From the NCBI GenBank assembly GCA_029557815.1, contig JAKQHX010000025.1, positions 1-49,324 on the forward strand: DNA of 49,324 nucleotides, written 5' to 3'. The notes below the pieces were generated by a model. That model was not told where the DNA came from. It saw nothing but the letters and a program-made list of their open reading frames with translations, and made no database searches. The stretch is from a bacterium. GTDB taxonomy: Bacteria > Patescibacteriota > Saccharimonadia > Saccharimonadales > JAGQNK01. Within the stretch, counting starts at the first letter, position 1. The number at the start of each line of letters is the position of its first letter. Position numbers and translations under genes: made by a program. Shown in pieces: positions 35,985 to 44,286 of the stretch.

Positions 35985-36608
35985 ATGATTGATCAATTGT
36001 TTGGGTCCAAGACGAGGGTAAAGTTACTGCAGCTTTTCTATAGCAACCCCAATCGTTCATTTTACGTACGAGAGATTACGCGTAAGATTGATGAGCAGAT
36101 AAACTCTGTTCGCCGCGAGCTTTCGAACCTGCTGAGCATTGGTATTATTTCCTCGGATACAAATAATAACCGCTTATACTATGAAGTGAACCAGGCATTT
36201 GAATACTACGATCCGTTAAGGGCGATATTTGGGGGAAGCGGTGATAAATCAGAAGCGGTCACCATTCCAACTAGTGATGCCCAGGCTCAAGACCTCAAGT
36301 CGCTCGGTAACGTCGAATTAGTGATTTACTCTGGTCAGTTCACCCGAGACGAGTCAAGCGGCATAGACATACTCATCGTTGGCGACATTAACCAGACACA
36401 GTTGGCAAAGTACATTGAGGAACTTGAGGCCAAGGAATCAAAAGATTTACGCTATACTGTTATGACACCCAAGGAGTTCAAGTATCGGCAACAGGTAAAC
36501 GACAGGTTTTTGACATTACTCCTATCGTCCAAGAAGCAAGTACTTGTCGATAAGCATGCTATTCTAAGCCCGGCCAAATCCAAAAAAACCAAACCAGAGG
36601 AGGAGTGA
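35985..36608 (+). CDS. Winged-helix protein with C-terminal nucleotidyltransferase-like domain
   Basis: LFGSKTRVKLL...YVREI...NSVRRELSNL wHTH; SGQF...IDILIVG. Confidence 0.75.
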   Translation: MIDQLFGSKTRVKLLQLFYSNPNRSFYVREITRKIDEQINSVRRELSNLLSIGIISSDTNNNRLYYEVNQAFEYYDPLRAIFGGSGDKSEAVTIPTSDAQAQDLKSLGNVELVIYSGQFTRDESSGIDILIVGDINQTQLAKYIEELEAKESKDLRYTVMTPKEFKYRQQVNDRFLTLLLSSKKQVLVDKHAILSPAKSKKTKPEEE

Positions 36609-36609
36609 C

Positions 36610-37239
36610 ATGGAGATTCAGTATTTCGGTGCTAACTGTGTTCGTCTGAACACGAAGAAAGCGTCCGTTATCGTTGACGATAACTTAGCAGATCTTGGCG
36701 CCAAATCAGTTACGAAAAATGGTGAAATTGCACTTTTCACAGGTGCGCATGGTGATTCATCGCCAAAAACCGAGGAAAAAATAGTTATTGATAAGCCTGG
36801 TGAATACGAGGTGTCTGACGCCTCTATACAGGGTATAGCTGCTCGTTCACATATGGACGAAGAGGGTCAAAACAGCGCAACGATTTTCAAGGTAATTGAT
36901 GATGATATCAAAGTTGCTATTGTCGGGCATATCTATCCTGAGCTGAGCGATGATCAGCTTGAGGCTATTGGAATGGTCGATGTACTGATCATCCCAGTGG
37001 GTGGCAACGGCTACACGCTTGACGGGGTTGGTGCATTGAAGATTATCCGTAAAATAGAGCCAAAAATTGTCATTCCGACCCACTATGATGAAAAAGGCTT
37101 GGACTTTCCTGTGCCTCAGCAGCCTCTCTCAGAAGCCCTTAAGGCGCTTGCTATGGAGCCGAAGGAGACACTTCCGAAACTGAAGGTAAGACCGGTGGAG
37201 CTGACAGATACGACCCAGCTTATTGTTTTGGAAAAGTAA
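36610..37239 (+). CDS. MBL-fold metallo-hydrolase-like protein
   Basis: PGEYE, DVLIIPVGG, IVIPTHY; canonical HxHxDH degenerate. Confidence 0.8.
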   Translation: MEIQYFGANCVRLNTKKASVIVDDNLADLGAKSVTKNGEIALFTGAHGDSSPKTEEKIVIDKPGEYEVSDASIQGIAARSHMDEEGQNSATIFKVIDDDIKVAIVGHIYPELSDDQLEAIGMVDVLIIPVGGNGYTLDGVGALKIIRKIEPKIVIPTHYDEKGLDFPVPQQPLSEALKALAMEPKETLPKLKVRPVELTDTTQLIVLEK

Positions 37240-37258
37240 ACTGTTGAATTAGGCTATC

Positions 37259-37285
37259 AAAAAGCTCCCTTCAGGGGAGCTTTTT
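37259..37285. terminator. Bidirectional terminator
   Basis: AAAAAGCTCCCT-TCA-GGGGAGCTTTTT between convergent genes. Confidence 0.85.
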
Positions 37286-37310
37286 ATAATTGTGGCTGGG
37301 ACGCTACGGT

Positions 37311-37517
37311 TTATTCGGCAGGTGCTTGAGCCAGGAGGCCTTTTTTCTTCAACGTACGAATAGCCTGAGTGCTGAGCTTCATCTTGACCTTTTTGCCATC
37401 AACGACAACGGTTTTCGTCTGAAGGTTCGGTTTCCAGACTTTTTTGGTGTGGCGCTGCGAAAAGCTGACATTGTTGCCAAACTGCTTGCCTTTGCCGGTA
37501 AGTTCACATTTCTGCAT
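37311..37517 (-). CDS. rpmB: 50S ribosomal protein L28
   Basis: CELTGK...GNNVSFS..HTKKVWKPNLQ. Confidence 0.95.
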   Translation of the reverse strand: MQKCELTGKGKQFGNNVSFSQRHTKKVWKPNLQTKTVVVDGKKVKMKLSTQAIRTLKKKGLLAQAPAE

Positions 37518-37595
37518 AGCTTTATCCTTTAAATTCTCATCGATTCAAGGTGTGATTATATCTGTTTTGTCTCTTTCGGTCAACCCGCTATACTT

Positions 37596-38237
37596 ATGGT
37601 AGATATGTTAAGCGAATTCATCAGTAGCCCAGCGGGCATCGTGACGGTCATCGTGACTATCCTCATCTCTATTACGTTGCACGAGGCAATGCATGCTTTT
37701 GCTGCGCATTGGCTAGGTGATGATACGGCACAGATGCAGGGAAGGCTGACGCTCAATCCTCTGAAACATATTGACCCTTTCCTAACGCTCGGCATGCCAA
37801 TATTACTTGCCCTTGTTGGTGCACCTGTGTTGGGAGCGGCAAAACCTGTTCCTTTCAACCCATATAGGGTGAAATACGAGGAGTTTGGGGCGGCTCTTGT
37901 AGGACTTGCAGGACCCCTGACAAACCTGGTGCTTGCTGTGGCGGGTGCATTTCTGTTTCGAGCAATCGGTGCGCTCATACCTGAAACAGCGGTACTGGCG
38001 ATACTGACTTTTATCCTTGTGAATCTCGGTTTCTTTGTCTTTAATATGATTCCGTTCCCACCACTCGACGGATCGCGCGTACTCTATGCGGTTGCCCCGG
38101 AGCCGTTACAGAAAGTTATGGCCCAGATCGAAACATATGGACTATTTGGATTCATAATCTTTTTCTTTCTGTTGTTTCAGTATATTTCACCGATGGTCGC
38201 CGACGTTATCGATACACTTTTTCGGTTTTTGGTTTGA
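37596..38237 (+). CDS. Site-2 protease (M50 family)
   Basis: HEAMH, AGPLTN, FNMIPFPPLDG. Confidence 0.93.
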   Translation: MVDMLSEFISSPAGIVTVIVTILISITLHEAMHAFAAHWLGDDTAQMQGRLTLNPLKHIDPFLTLGMPILLALVGAPVLGAAKPVPFNPYRVKYEEFGAALVGLAGPLTNLVLAVAGAFLFRAIGALIPETAVLAILTFILVNLGFFVFNMIPFPPLDGSRVLYAVAPEPLQKVMAQIETYGLFGFIIFFFLLFQYISPMVADVIDTLFRFLV

Positions 38238-38260
38238 GGCGAAAGCGCTATAATATAGGC

Positions 38261-38393
38261 AGGCTGAGTTGTCGGCTAAATGATAATCTGAATACTTATC
38301 ATTCGGGATTCCAATATTCGCGTGCGGCTGTGGCTTCACCGTGCGGAGACCCACCTGGACTATTATTCCAGGTTGTCATGTCGACCTCAGCAT
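38261..38393 (+). ncRNA. Candidate short 6S RNA
   Basis: TATAAT at 38249; ends pair (GCTGAG/CTCAGC, GTCGGC/GTCGAC); central bubble flanked by ATTCGGGA and ACCCACCTG...CAGGT as in Firmicutes 6S RNA; hairpin at 38401..38423. Confidence 0.65.
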
Positions 38394-38559
38394 AAGTAGT
38401 GGGCTCAGGGTGACCTGGGCTCTTTACTTGGTATAATCATTAATGCCAATACCAAATCGCGAAAGGATTGCTGCAGAAGGGAAAAGAGCAGCCAGACAAA
38501 ATGTATTCCATTTTGCCTGCACGATGAGAAAAACCGCAAGGTTTGTCTCGTGGAGGTTA

Positions 38560-38636
38560 CGGGGTGTGGCGCAGTTGGCTAGCGCGTACGGCTGGGGGCC
38601 GTGAGGTCGCAGGTTCAAGTCCTGTCACCCCGACCA
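38560..38636 (+). tRNA. tRNA-Pro(GGG)
   Basis: CGGGGTG.../CACCCCG-ACCA, loop CT-GGG-GG. Confidence 0.95.
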
Positions 38637-38650
38637 AAGTAAGTAAGTTT

Positions 38651-39499
38651 ATGAATACACCTGAAGCGATTGCAATAATACCTGCGTATAACGAAGAACG
38701 TACAATCAGCAGTGTGCTACATGCCGCTATGCAGGCAAGCTCAGTAGATGGTGTGGTCGTTGTTGATGATGGATCATCGGACGCTACATATGAAGTGGCG
38801 CACGGTATCGCTAATCAGTTCGCGGAGCAGGATAATGCAAAACCACTTGAGGTTGTGTCGCACCCCGAGAACCGTGGAAAAACTGACGCTTTACGCACAG
38901 GCGTAAGGCATGCTCGGGAGCTAGGAGACACTGCGCTAAGTACACTAGTATTCCTGGATGCCGATTCCTCTCCCATATGGACCCGTGATACCCTGGCAAA
39001 TATGAAGCTCTGGCAAAGAGGCTTGCATAAGCTGCTTGGGCAAGAAGATGATCTAATTGATGAGAGTACGCTAGAAGGCAGACAGGCCGTATTTGCGACT
39101 CTTTTGGCACGATATATAGATGAAATTGTGCAGCCGGTCAGGGACGGAAAAGAGACGATGCGTACCGGCATGTACCAGCGCAACGTTGTTACAGATACGG
39201 TACTTATGATTCTTGATAGACATAAAAAAGGCGGCCATGCCGGCAATCGAGCGATTCCGTTGTCGGTCTGGGAGAGTCTCGAGGAGGAATGTGCCAGGAG
39301 AGGCATATCTATAACGGGCTGGGATATTGAAGCAGCCTTGAATGAGTACCTAGATGGTCAACCAACAAGTACTTTTATGATGTACGGGGTAGTAAACGTA
39401 GGCAGCAGAGTGAAGGCGGGTGGTTTCTGGCGAGGCGTGGCTCGGATGGCAAAGATTCACGGTCAGATGCCGTTCACCAAAAGAAAGCTTGCTAAATAA
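38651..39499 (+). CDS. Glycosyltransferase family 2
   Basis: IIPAYNEE, VVDDGSSD, NRGK, FLDAD; start MNTPE downstream of the tRNA. Confidence 0.88.
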   Translation: MNTPEAIAIIPAYNEERTISSVLHAAMQASSVDGVVVVDDGSSDATYEVAHGIANQFAEQDNAKPLEVVSHPENRGKTDALRTGVRHARELGDTALSTLVFLDADSSPIWTRDTLANMKLWQRGLHKLLGQEDDLIDESTLEGRQAVFATLLARYIDEIVQPVRDGKETMRTGMYQRNVVTDTVLMILDRHKKGGHAGNRAIPLSVWESLEEECARRGISITGWDIEAALNEYLDGQPTSTFMMYGVVNVGSRVKAGGFWRGVARMAKIHGQMPFTKRKLAK

Positions 39500-40517
39500 T
39501 CAGCATAGAATCGCCATACGATAGGAATGCATATTTTTCTTTGATAGCTTCTCGATAGGCGTTTTTTAGGTGTGGCCAGCCGGCAAAGGCGGCGGCGAGC
39601 ATAAGGACGGTAGACTTTGGGGCGTGGAAGTTGGTAAGGAGCGTGTCTACGACCTGAAACTCGTAGCCAGGGTGAATAAAGATATTTGCTTCTCCGGAAA
39701 TACGCTGGGATTTTTCGTCTAAAATTTGCTCAGCCGCAAATTCCAAAGTGCGCGTTACTGTTGTGCCAATTGCTACGATTTTACCACTGTTCTGCTTTGC
39801 GTTTTGTATAGTTTTGACAGTTTCTGGCGGAATCTCGAAATACTCACTGTGCATGACGTGCTCTTTGATATCATCGGAGCGAATAGGCAGAAACGTACCG
39901 AGGCCAACATGTAGGGTGAGGTAGGCGATATGAACACCTTTTTGAATAAGTCTTTGTTCGAGCTCATGAGTAAAGTTGAGTGAAGCCGTTGGTGCGGCAA
40001 CCGACCCTGGCTCTTTGGCAAAAACCGTTTGGTAACGTTCGATATCTTCAGAGGTTGCTTCACGGTGCATGTATGGCGGCAAAGGAACAGAGCCTTCCTC
40101 GTTAGCGAGGTCGAGCAGATTTACGTGGGTGCTAATCTCAGCTATTCCGTCCCCTAGGATAGACTCTACTTTTACGAATGTATTTTTGATAGACAGCGTT
40201 TCGCCCGCCCGAAGCTTCCCTCTGTAAAGTGCCTTGCGTCGACTAAAATCGGAATTGTGATGGTCCTCCAGAAGCAGTAGTTCTCGTGTCTGTCCAGCAG
40301 CATTCGTGGTAATGAGTCGTGCTTTGATGACTTTCGTATCGTTAAGAACGACGACATCGCCCGCCTGTAAAAAATCGGTCATATCTTTATAGTTTTTGTG
40401 CGTGATTTCCCCGGTGGCTTTATCCAGGACCAGAAGTCTGCTGGCTCCCCGTTGTGTATGAGGGTGAAGGGCAATCCGCTCCTCTGGTAGGTGGTAGGTA
40501 TACTCCGAAACACGCAT
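39492..40517 (-). CDS. queA: S-adenosylmethionine:tRNA ribosyltransferase-isomerase QueA
   Basis: NDTKVIKARL, PLPPY, GSVAAPTA, LHVGLGTF, TNFHAPKST, SYGDSM. Confidence 0.96.
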   Translation of the reverse strand: MRVSEYTYHLPEERIALHPHTQRGASRLLVLDKATGEITHKNYKDMTDFLQAGDVVVLNDTKVIKARLITTNAAGQTRELLLLEDHHNSDFSRRKALYRGKLRAGETLSIKNTFVKVESILGDGIAEISTHVNLLDLANEEGSVPLPPYMHREATSEDIERYQTVFAKEPGSVAAPTASLNFTHELEQRLIQKGVHIAYLTLHVGLGTFLPIRSDDIKEHVMHSEYFEIPPETVKTIQNAKQNSGKIVAIGTTVTRTLEFAAEQILDEKSQRISGEANIFIHPGYEFQVVDTLLTNFHAPKSTVLMLAAAFAGWPHLKNAYREAIKEKYAFLSYGDSMLII

Positions 40518-40549
40518 AGATGCCATTGTACCAGCTTTTATCTGTTAGA

Positions 40550-41248
40550 ATGAGTGAGAATATGTGGCAAGAAAAAGACAACCAACTGTACAGAGAGTTT
40601 ACGTTCACGGACTTCAAACAAGCTTTTGCGTTCATGGAGGCAGTGGCCCAAGAGGCGGAACGCCGTCAGCATCACCCGAAGTGGGAAAATGTGTGGAATA
40701 TCGTACGTATTTGGCTGACAACACACGATGCCGGCAATAAGGTAACAGAGAAAGACACATCTTTCGCAAAAGCGATTGATAGAATCTACAAAGCCACCCA
40801 AAAGGCGCCGGAGAAGATAGCTGTGCCAGTAGGAGCATACAAACATGTCAAGCTATTCTCTGATGGTGGCTCAAGAGGGAATCCTGGTCCTTCAGCCTCT
40901 GGATATGTGTTGCTCGACGAGAGTGACACAGTCATTCTTAAGAGCGGGGTTTATCTGGGGATTACGACCAATAATCAGGCCGAGTACCAGTCGCTCAAAT
41001 TTGGACTCGAAGAGGCACGGAAGCTCGGAGCTCAAGAGGTGGAAGTGTACATGGACAGCCTGCTCGTCATTAATCAGATGAAGGGTATTTTCAAGGTCAA
41101 AAACCGGGACCTATGGCCGATACACGAGACCATAAAGGAGCTCGCGAAGAGTTTCAAGAACATCACGTTTTCTCATGTCCCTAGGGAGCTTAACAAGCTT
41201 GCCGACGCTGAAGTAAACGAAACGCTCGACGCCGAAGCCGGCCGATGA
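40550..41248 (+). CDS. Fusion of pterin-4a-carbinolamine dehydratase-like domain and ribonuclease HI
   Basis: N-terminal F.DFKQAFAFM...HHPKW...LTTHD; C-terminal DGGSRGNPG, TNNQAEY, DS.L, PRE.NK.AD; one continuous frame. Confidence 0.88.
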   Translation: MSENMWQEKDNQLYREFTFTDFKQAFAFMEAVAQEAERRQHHPKWENVWNIVRIWLTTHDAGNKVTEKDTSFAKAIDRIYKATQKAPEKIAVPVGAYKHVKLFSDGGSRGNPGPSASGYVLLDESDTVILKSGVYLGITTNNQAEYQSLKFGLEEARKLGAQEVEVYMDSLLVINQMKGIFKVKNRDLWPIHETIKELAKSFKNITFSHVPRELNKLADAEVNETLDAEAGR

Positions 41249-41269
41249 GCTTTTTGTTATAATAGAAAA

Positions 41270-41623
41270 GCTAGATTGCTGGCTAGTCGCTCTGCATTTT
41301 GCAGGGAGGAAAGTCCGGGCAGCATAGGGAAAGACAGTCGCTAACGGCGACCGGGGGCAACCCTAGGGAAAGTGCCACAGAAACGAAACTACCTCGGGCG
41401 ACCGAGGCAAAGGTGAAACGAGTGGGGTAAGAGCCCACAATTCCTGTCGGTGACGCCAGGAAGAGGTAAACCCTGTCTGCTGCAAGGAGACGTATCTTCA
41501 TAAGGTTCCCGCCGAAGGTACTGTCACAAGATCCGCTTGATTCCAGGAGCAATCCTGGAGGTAGATAGATGACTAGCGCCCCGGCTTGCCGGGGTACAGA
41601 ACCCGGCTTATAGGCAATCTGGC
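41270..41623 (+). ncRNA. rnpB: RNase P RNA (type A)
   Basis: GAGGAAAGTCCGGG, AGTGCCACAGAAA, GGTGAAACG, GGTAAACCC, ACAGAACCCGGCTTA; P1 GCTAGATTGC/GCAATCTGGC. Confidence 0.96.
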
Positions 41624-41700
41624 AAAGATATGAGAAGCCGCCCCTCATCGGAGCGGTTTTTTCTTGCAAGCAATGCTATAAGTAAGGCACACTTGAATTG

Positions 41701-43026
41701 ATGGAAGTTTTGATTGCCGATCCTGGAGCTCGCGGACACGCCTTGGCAAGAAAGATTGCCGAATCTTCACTCGTGGATCGTATTTTTATGGCTCCCGGCA
41801 ACCCAGGTACGGCAGAAATTGCGGAAAACACAGGAATTACACACACTGACATCGAAAGTCAGCTGGATTTCGTCCGCAAACAAAAGAAAATTGGCATGGT
41901 AGTGATAAGTGCCGATGACCCATTAGCCGATGGTGCCGTAGATGCGTTTGAATCGGAATTTGCCGGTCGTGATTTAAGGGTGTGGGGCCCTCGCAAGAAC
42001 GCAGCCGAGATAGAATGGTCAAAGGTGTACGCCAAACGGTTGATGCAAAATAGGGGCATTCCGACTGCTAGGTTTGCCGTTCTATACAGTCTGGAGCAAG
42101 CCGGGAGCATTGAGTCTCGGAACTATCCTCTATACGCGAAGATGGACAAGCTATTTGGCGGTAAGGGTGTTGAAAGGTGTCATGATATCAAAGAGGTTGA
42201 AGCGGCGCTCAGTAAGTTCCATAGGCATGGCAGGCTAAGCCTTGAACATCCTGTTTTAGTTGAAGAGGAGTCAAAAGGTATAGAGTTGTCGCTGCAGGCT
42301 TTTTGCGATGGGACAGATTACGTCATGGTTCCATTTGCTATGAAAGATCATAAAACGATTCATGATGACGATACCGGCCCTATGACGGGCGGAATGGGCG
42401 TTATCGGCCCGGTTCCTGGCCTGAGCCGAGAAGATATCGATACGCTTGGTGAAATATTCGTGGCACCTGTACTGGCTGAACTTGCGCGACAAGGCAGGCC
42501 ATTCAAGGGGATGCTATATCCGGGGTTAAGGGGTTGGCAGTGTCTGGAGTATAATGCCCGGCCTGGTGACCCAGAAGCGCAGGTATGGGCTGCTATGCTG
42601 GAATCTGACTTAGTGGAAGTTATGGTAGCCTCTTGTGGCGGAGAGCTTAGTAGGCTGCCACCTCTGATATGGCGCAATGCGGCTACCGCCTGCCTCGTTT
42701 TGGCGGCGAAGGGCTATCCAGATAATCCCCAAAAAGGAGTGGTTATAACTGGGCACGACGTAAGTCTTCCGGGCAATAGCCACTTACTACATGCAGGCAC
42801 AGCCCGGCATGGTAACGACCTGGTCGTGAATGGTGGCAGAGTTCTGAATGTGGTTACCGTCGGCGAGGAAGGTGAATCGCTTCGTTCAGTTATTGATACT
42901 GCCTACAAAGCATCGGATATGATTAGCTTTGATGGCAAGCAGACTAGGCATGATGTGGGCGAACAGGTTCTGTCAGAGGAGTTTGGAGAGTATATTGATG
43001 CATGGAAACAAGAACGCCTCCCATGA
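41701..43026 (+). CDS. purD: Phosphoribosylamine-glycine ligase PurD (divergent)
   Basis: APGNPG, EWSK..AK, GKGV, DHK...GPMTGGMG, LEYNAR.GDPE, GYP, HAGT, GGRVL. Confidence 0.88.
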   Translation: MEVLIADPGARGHALARKIAESSLVDRIFMAPGNPGTAEIAENTGITHTDIESQLDFVRKQKKIGMVVISADDPLADGAVDAFESEFAGRDLRVWGPRKNAAEIEWSKVYAKRLMQNRGIPTARFAVLYSLEQAGSIESRNYPLYAKMDKLFGGKGVERCHDIKEVEAALSKFHRHGRLSLEHPVLVEEESKGIELSLQAFCDGTDYVMVPFAMKDHKTIHDDDTGPMTGGMGVIGPVPGLSREDIDTLGEIFVAPVLAELARQGRPFKGMLYPGLRGWQCLEYNARPGDPEAQVWAAMLESDLVEVMVASCGGELSRLPPLIWRNAATACLVLAAKGYPDNPQKGVVITGHDVSLPGNSHLLHAGTARHGNDLVVNGGRVLNVVTVGEEGESLRSVIDTAYKASDMISFDGKQTRHDVGEQVLSEEFGEYIDAWKQERLP

Positions 43027-43056
43027 AGGAGGCGTCTTATAAGCAGTAGTCCGGGC

Positions 43057-43407
43057 TTATTTGGCTAGCTTGGCTGCTTTTACGACTGTTTCAAATGCCT
43101 TCGGCTCGTTTACGGCCAGTTCTGCCAGGACTTTTCGGTCAAGGCTGATGTTGGCTTTCTTGAGGCCATTGATAAGGCGACTGTAAGTAGTGCCATTCAG
43201 GCGCGCAGCTGCATTAATGCGTGCATTCCACAGTTCACGGAATGTACGTTTACGGTTGCGGCGGTCCCGGTAGGCATACTGTAATGATTTGGTGATAGCT
43301 TGCTTGCCGCGCTTGATCGAAGAGCGGTTACCGCGGGTCATGCCCTTGGTGGCTTTGCGAATCTTTTGATGCTTGGCGTGCGTCGTGACGCCTCTTTTGA
43401 TGCGCAT
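43057..43407 (-). CDS. rplT: 50S ribosomal protein L20
   Basis: [31 protein letters not shown]. Confidence 0.97.
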   Translation of the reverse strand: MRIKRGVTTHAKHQKIRKATKGMTRGNRSSIKRGKQAITKSLQYAYRDRRNRKRTFRELWNARINAAARLNGTTYSRLINGLKKANISLDRKVLAELAVNEPKAFETVVKAAKLAK

Positions 43408-43408
43408 G

Positions 43409-43603
43409 CTAGACTCCTAACTTTCGTTTGATATTCTTCGCGCTTTTGCCAACCATCTGAGCTGGTACGGCGAACGTACGTTTACGGCTAGCGCTCTTTT
43501 TTTGTAGCAAGTGGTTGCCACCCGCACGTCCTTGCAGGACTTTACCGTTCTTGGTTACTTTCATGCGGTCTTTTGTGCCGCTATGAGTCTTTAGTTTTGG
43601 CAT
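43409..43603 (-). CDS. rpmI: 50S ribosomal protein L35
   Basis: [10 protein letters not shown]; lies between infC and rplT. Confidence 0.95.
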   Translation of the reverse strand: MPKLKTHSGTKDRMKVTKNGKVLQGRAGGNHLLQKKSASRKRTFAVPAQMVGKSAKNIKRKLGV

Positions 43604-43604
43604 A

Positions 43605-44204
43605 TTATCCTCCTAAACTTTCTTGTTTCTCTGAGCGTTTGGTTGATGGAGTAGGTGCTTCGTTCGCTTCAACTTTCTTGTTGGAGAGTTTGGCGGAAGA
43701 GCTGCTCCTTATCACGAAATTTAGCTGTTTGCCGGCCATCTGAGGCTTTTGTTCGACTACGACTGCATCGCCAAAGCCTTCTATGACTTTATCTGCCAGT
43801 TTGAAGCCCATTTCCTTGTGGGCCAACTCTCTGCCACGATACCGTATCGTAATCTTGACTTTGTGTCCGGCCTCCAAGAAGCCAGTGACTTTCTTGAGTT
43901 TTACCCCTAGGTCGTGGTCACTGATCTTTAGACCAAAGCGCATTTGTTTGATCTCTGAGGCCTTCACGCTCCGTTTGTTTTTCTGGGCCTGCTTGGTCTT
44001 TTGGTAGTTGTACTTACCCCAATCAACGATTTTGGCTACCGGCGGGTTAGCGTTCGGAGAAATTTCTACCAGGTCAAGTCCGCGTTGCTCGGCGGCTGCA
44101 AGAGCCTCACCCCTGGACATGACACCGAGCTGATCGCCTTGTTCATCAATCACGCGTAAGCTCGTGGCCCGAATGTTGTGATTCAGGCGGGTGTACTTGT
44201 CGAT
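43605..44204 (-). CDS. infC: Translation initiation factor IF-3, probable ATC start
   Basis: RLNHNIR...RVID, LDLVEI, PPVAKIVD; AGGAG-N8-ATC in frame at 44204. Confidence 0.93.
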   Translation of the reverse strand: MDKYTRLNHNIRATSLRVIDEQGDQLGVMSRGEALAAAEQRGLDLVEISPNANPPVAKIVDWGKYNYQKTKQAQKNKRSVKASEIKQMRFGLKISDHDLGVKLKKVTGFLEAGHKVKITIRYRGRELAHKEMGFKLADKVIEGFGDAVVVEQKPQMAGKQLNFVIRSSSSAKLSNKKVEANEAPTPSTKRSEKQESLGG

Positions 44205-44286
44205 AGAATTGTCTCCTTTATTTACTAAACGCTGGTTGCAAGCATTTTAACAGATGAGTCAACAGAGGTCAACAAACTTTTCGTAT

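Noticed and set aside
38444..38650. Leaderless ORF starting near 38444 and the N-terminal extension of the 38543 ORF
   Set aside because: Both run through tRNA-Pro. The -10 box more likely serves the tRNA, and the glycosyltransferase starts at 38651.
41283..41669. 128-aa minus-strand ORF
   Set aside because: Antisense to RNase P RNA.
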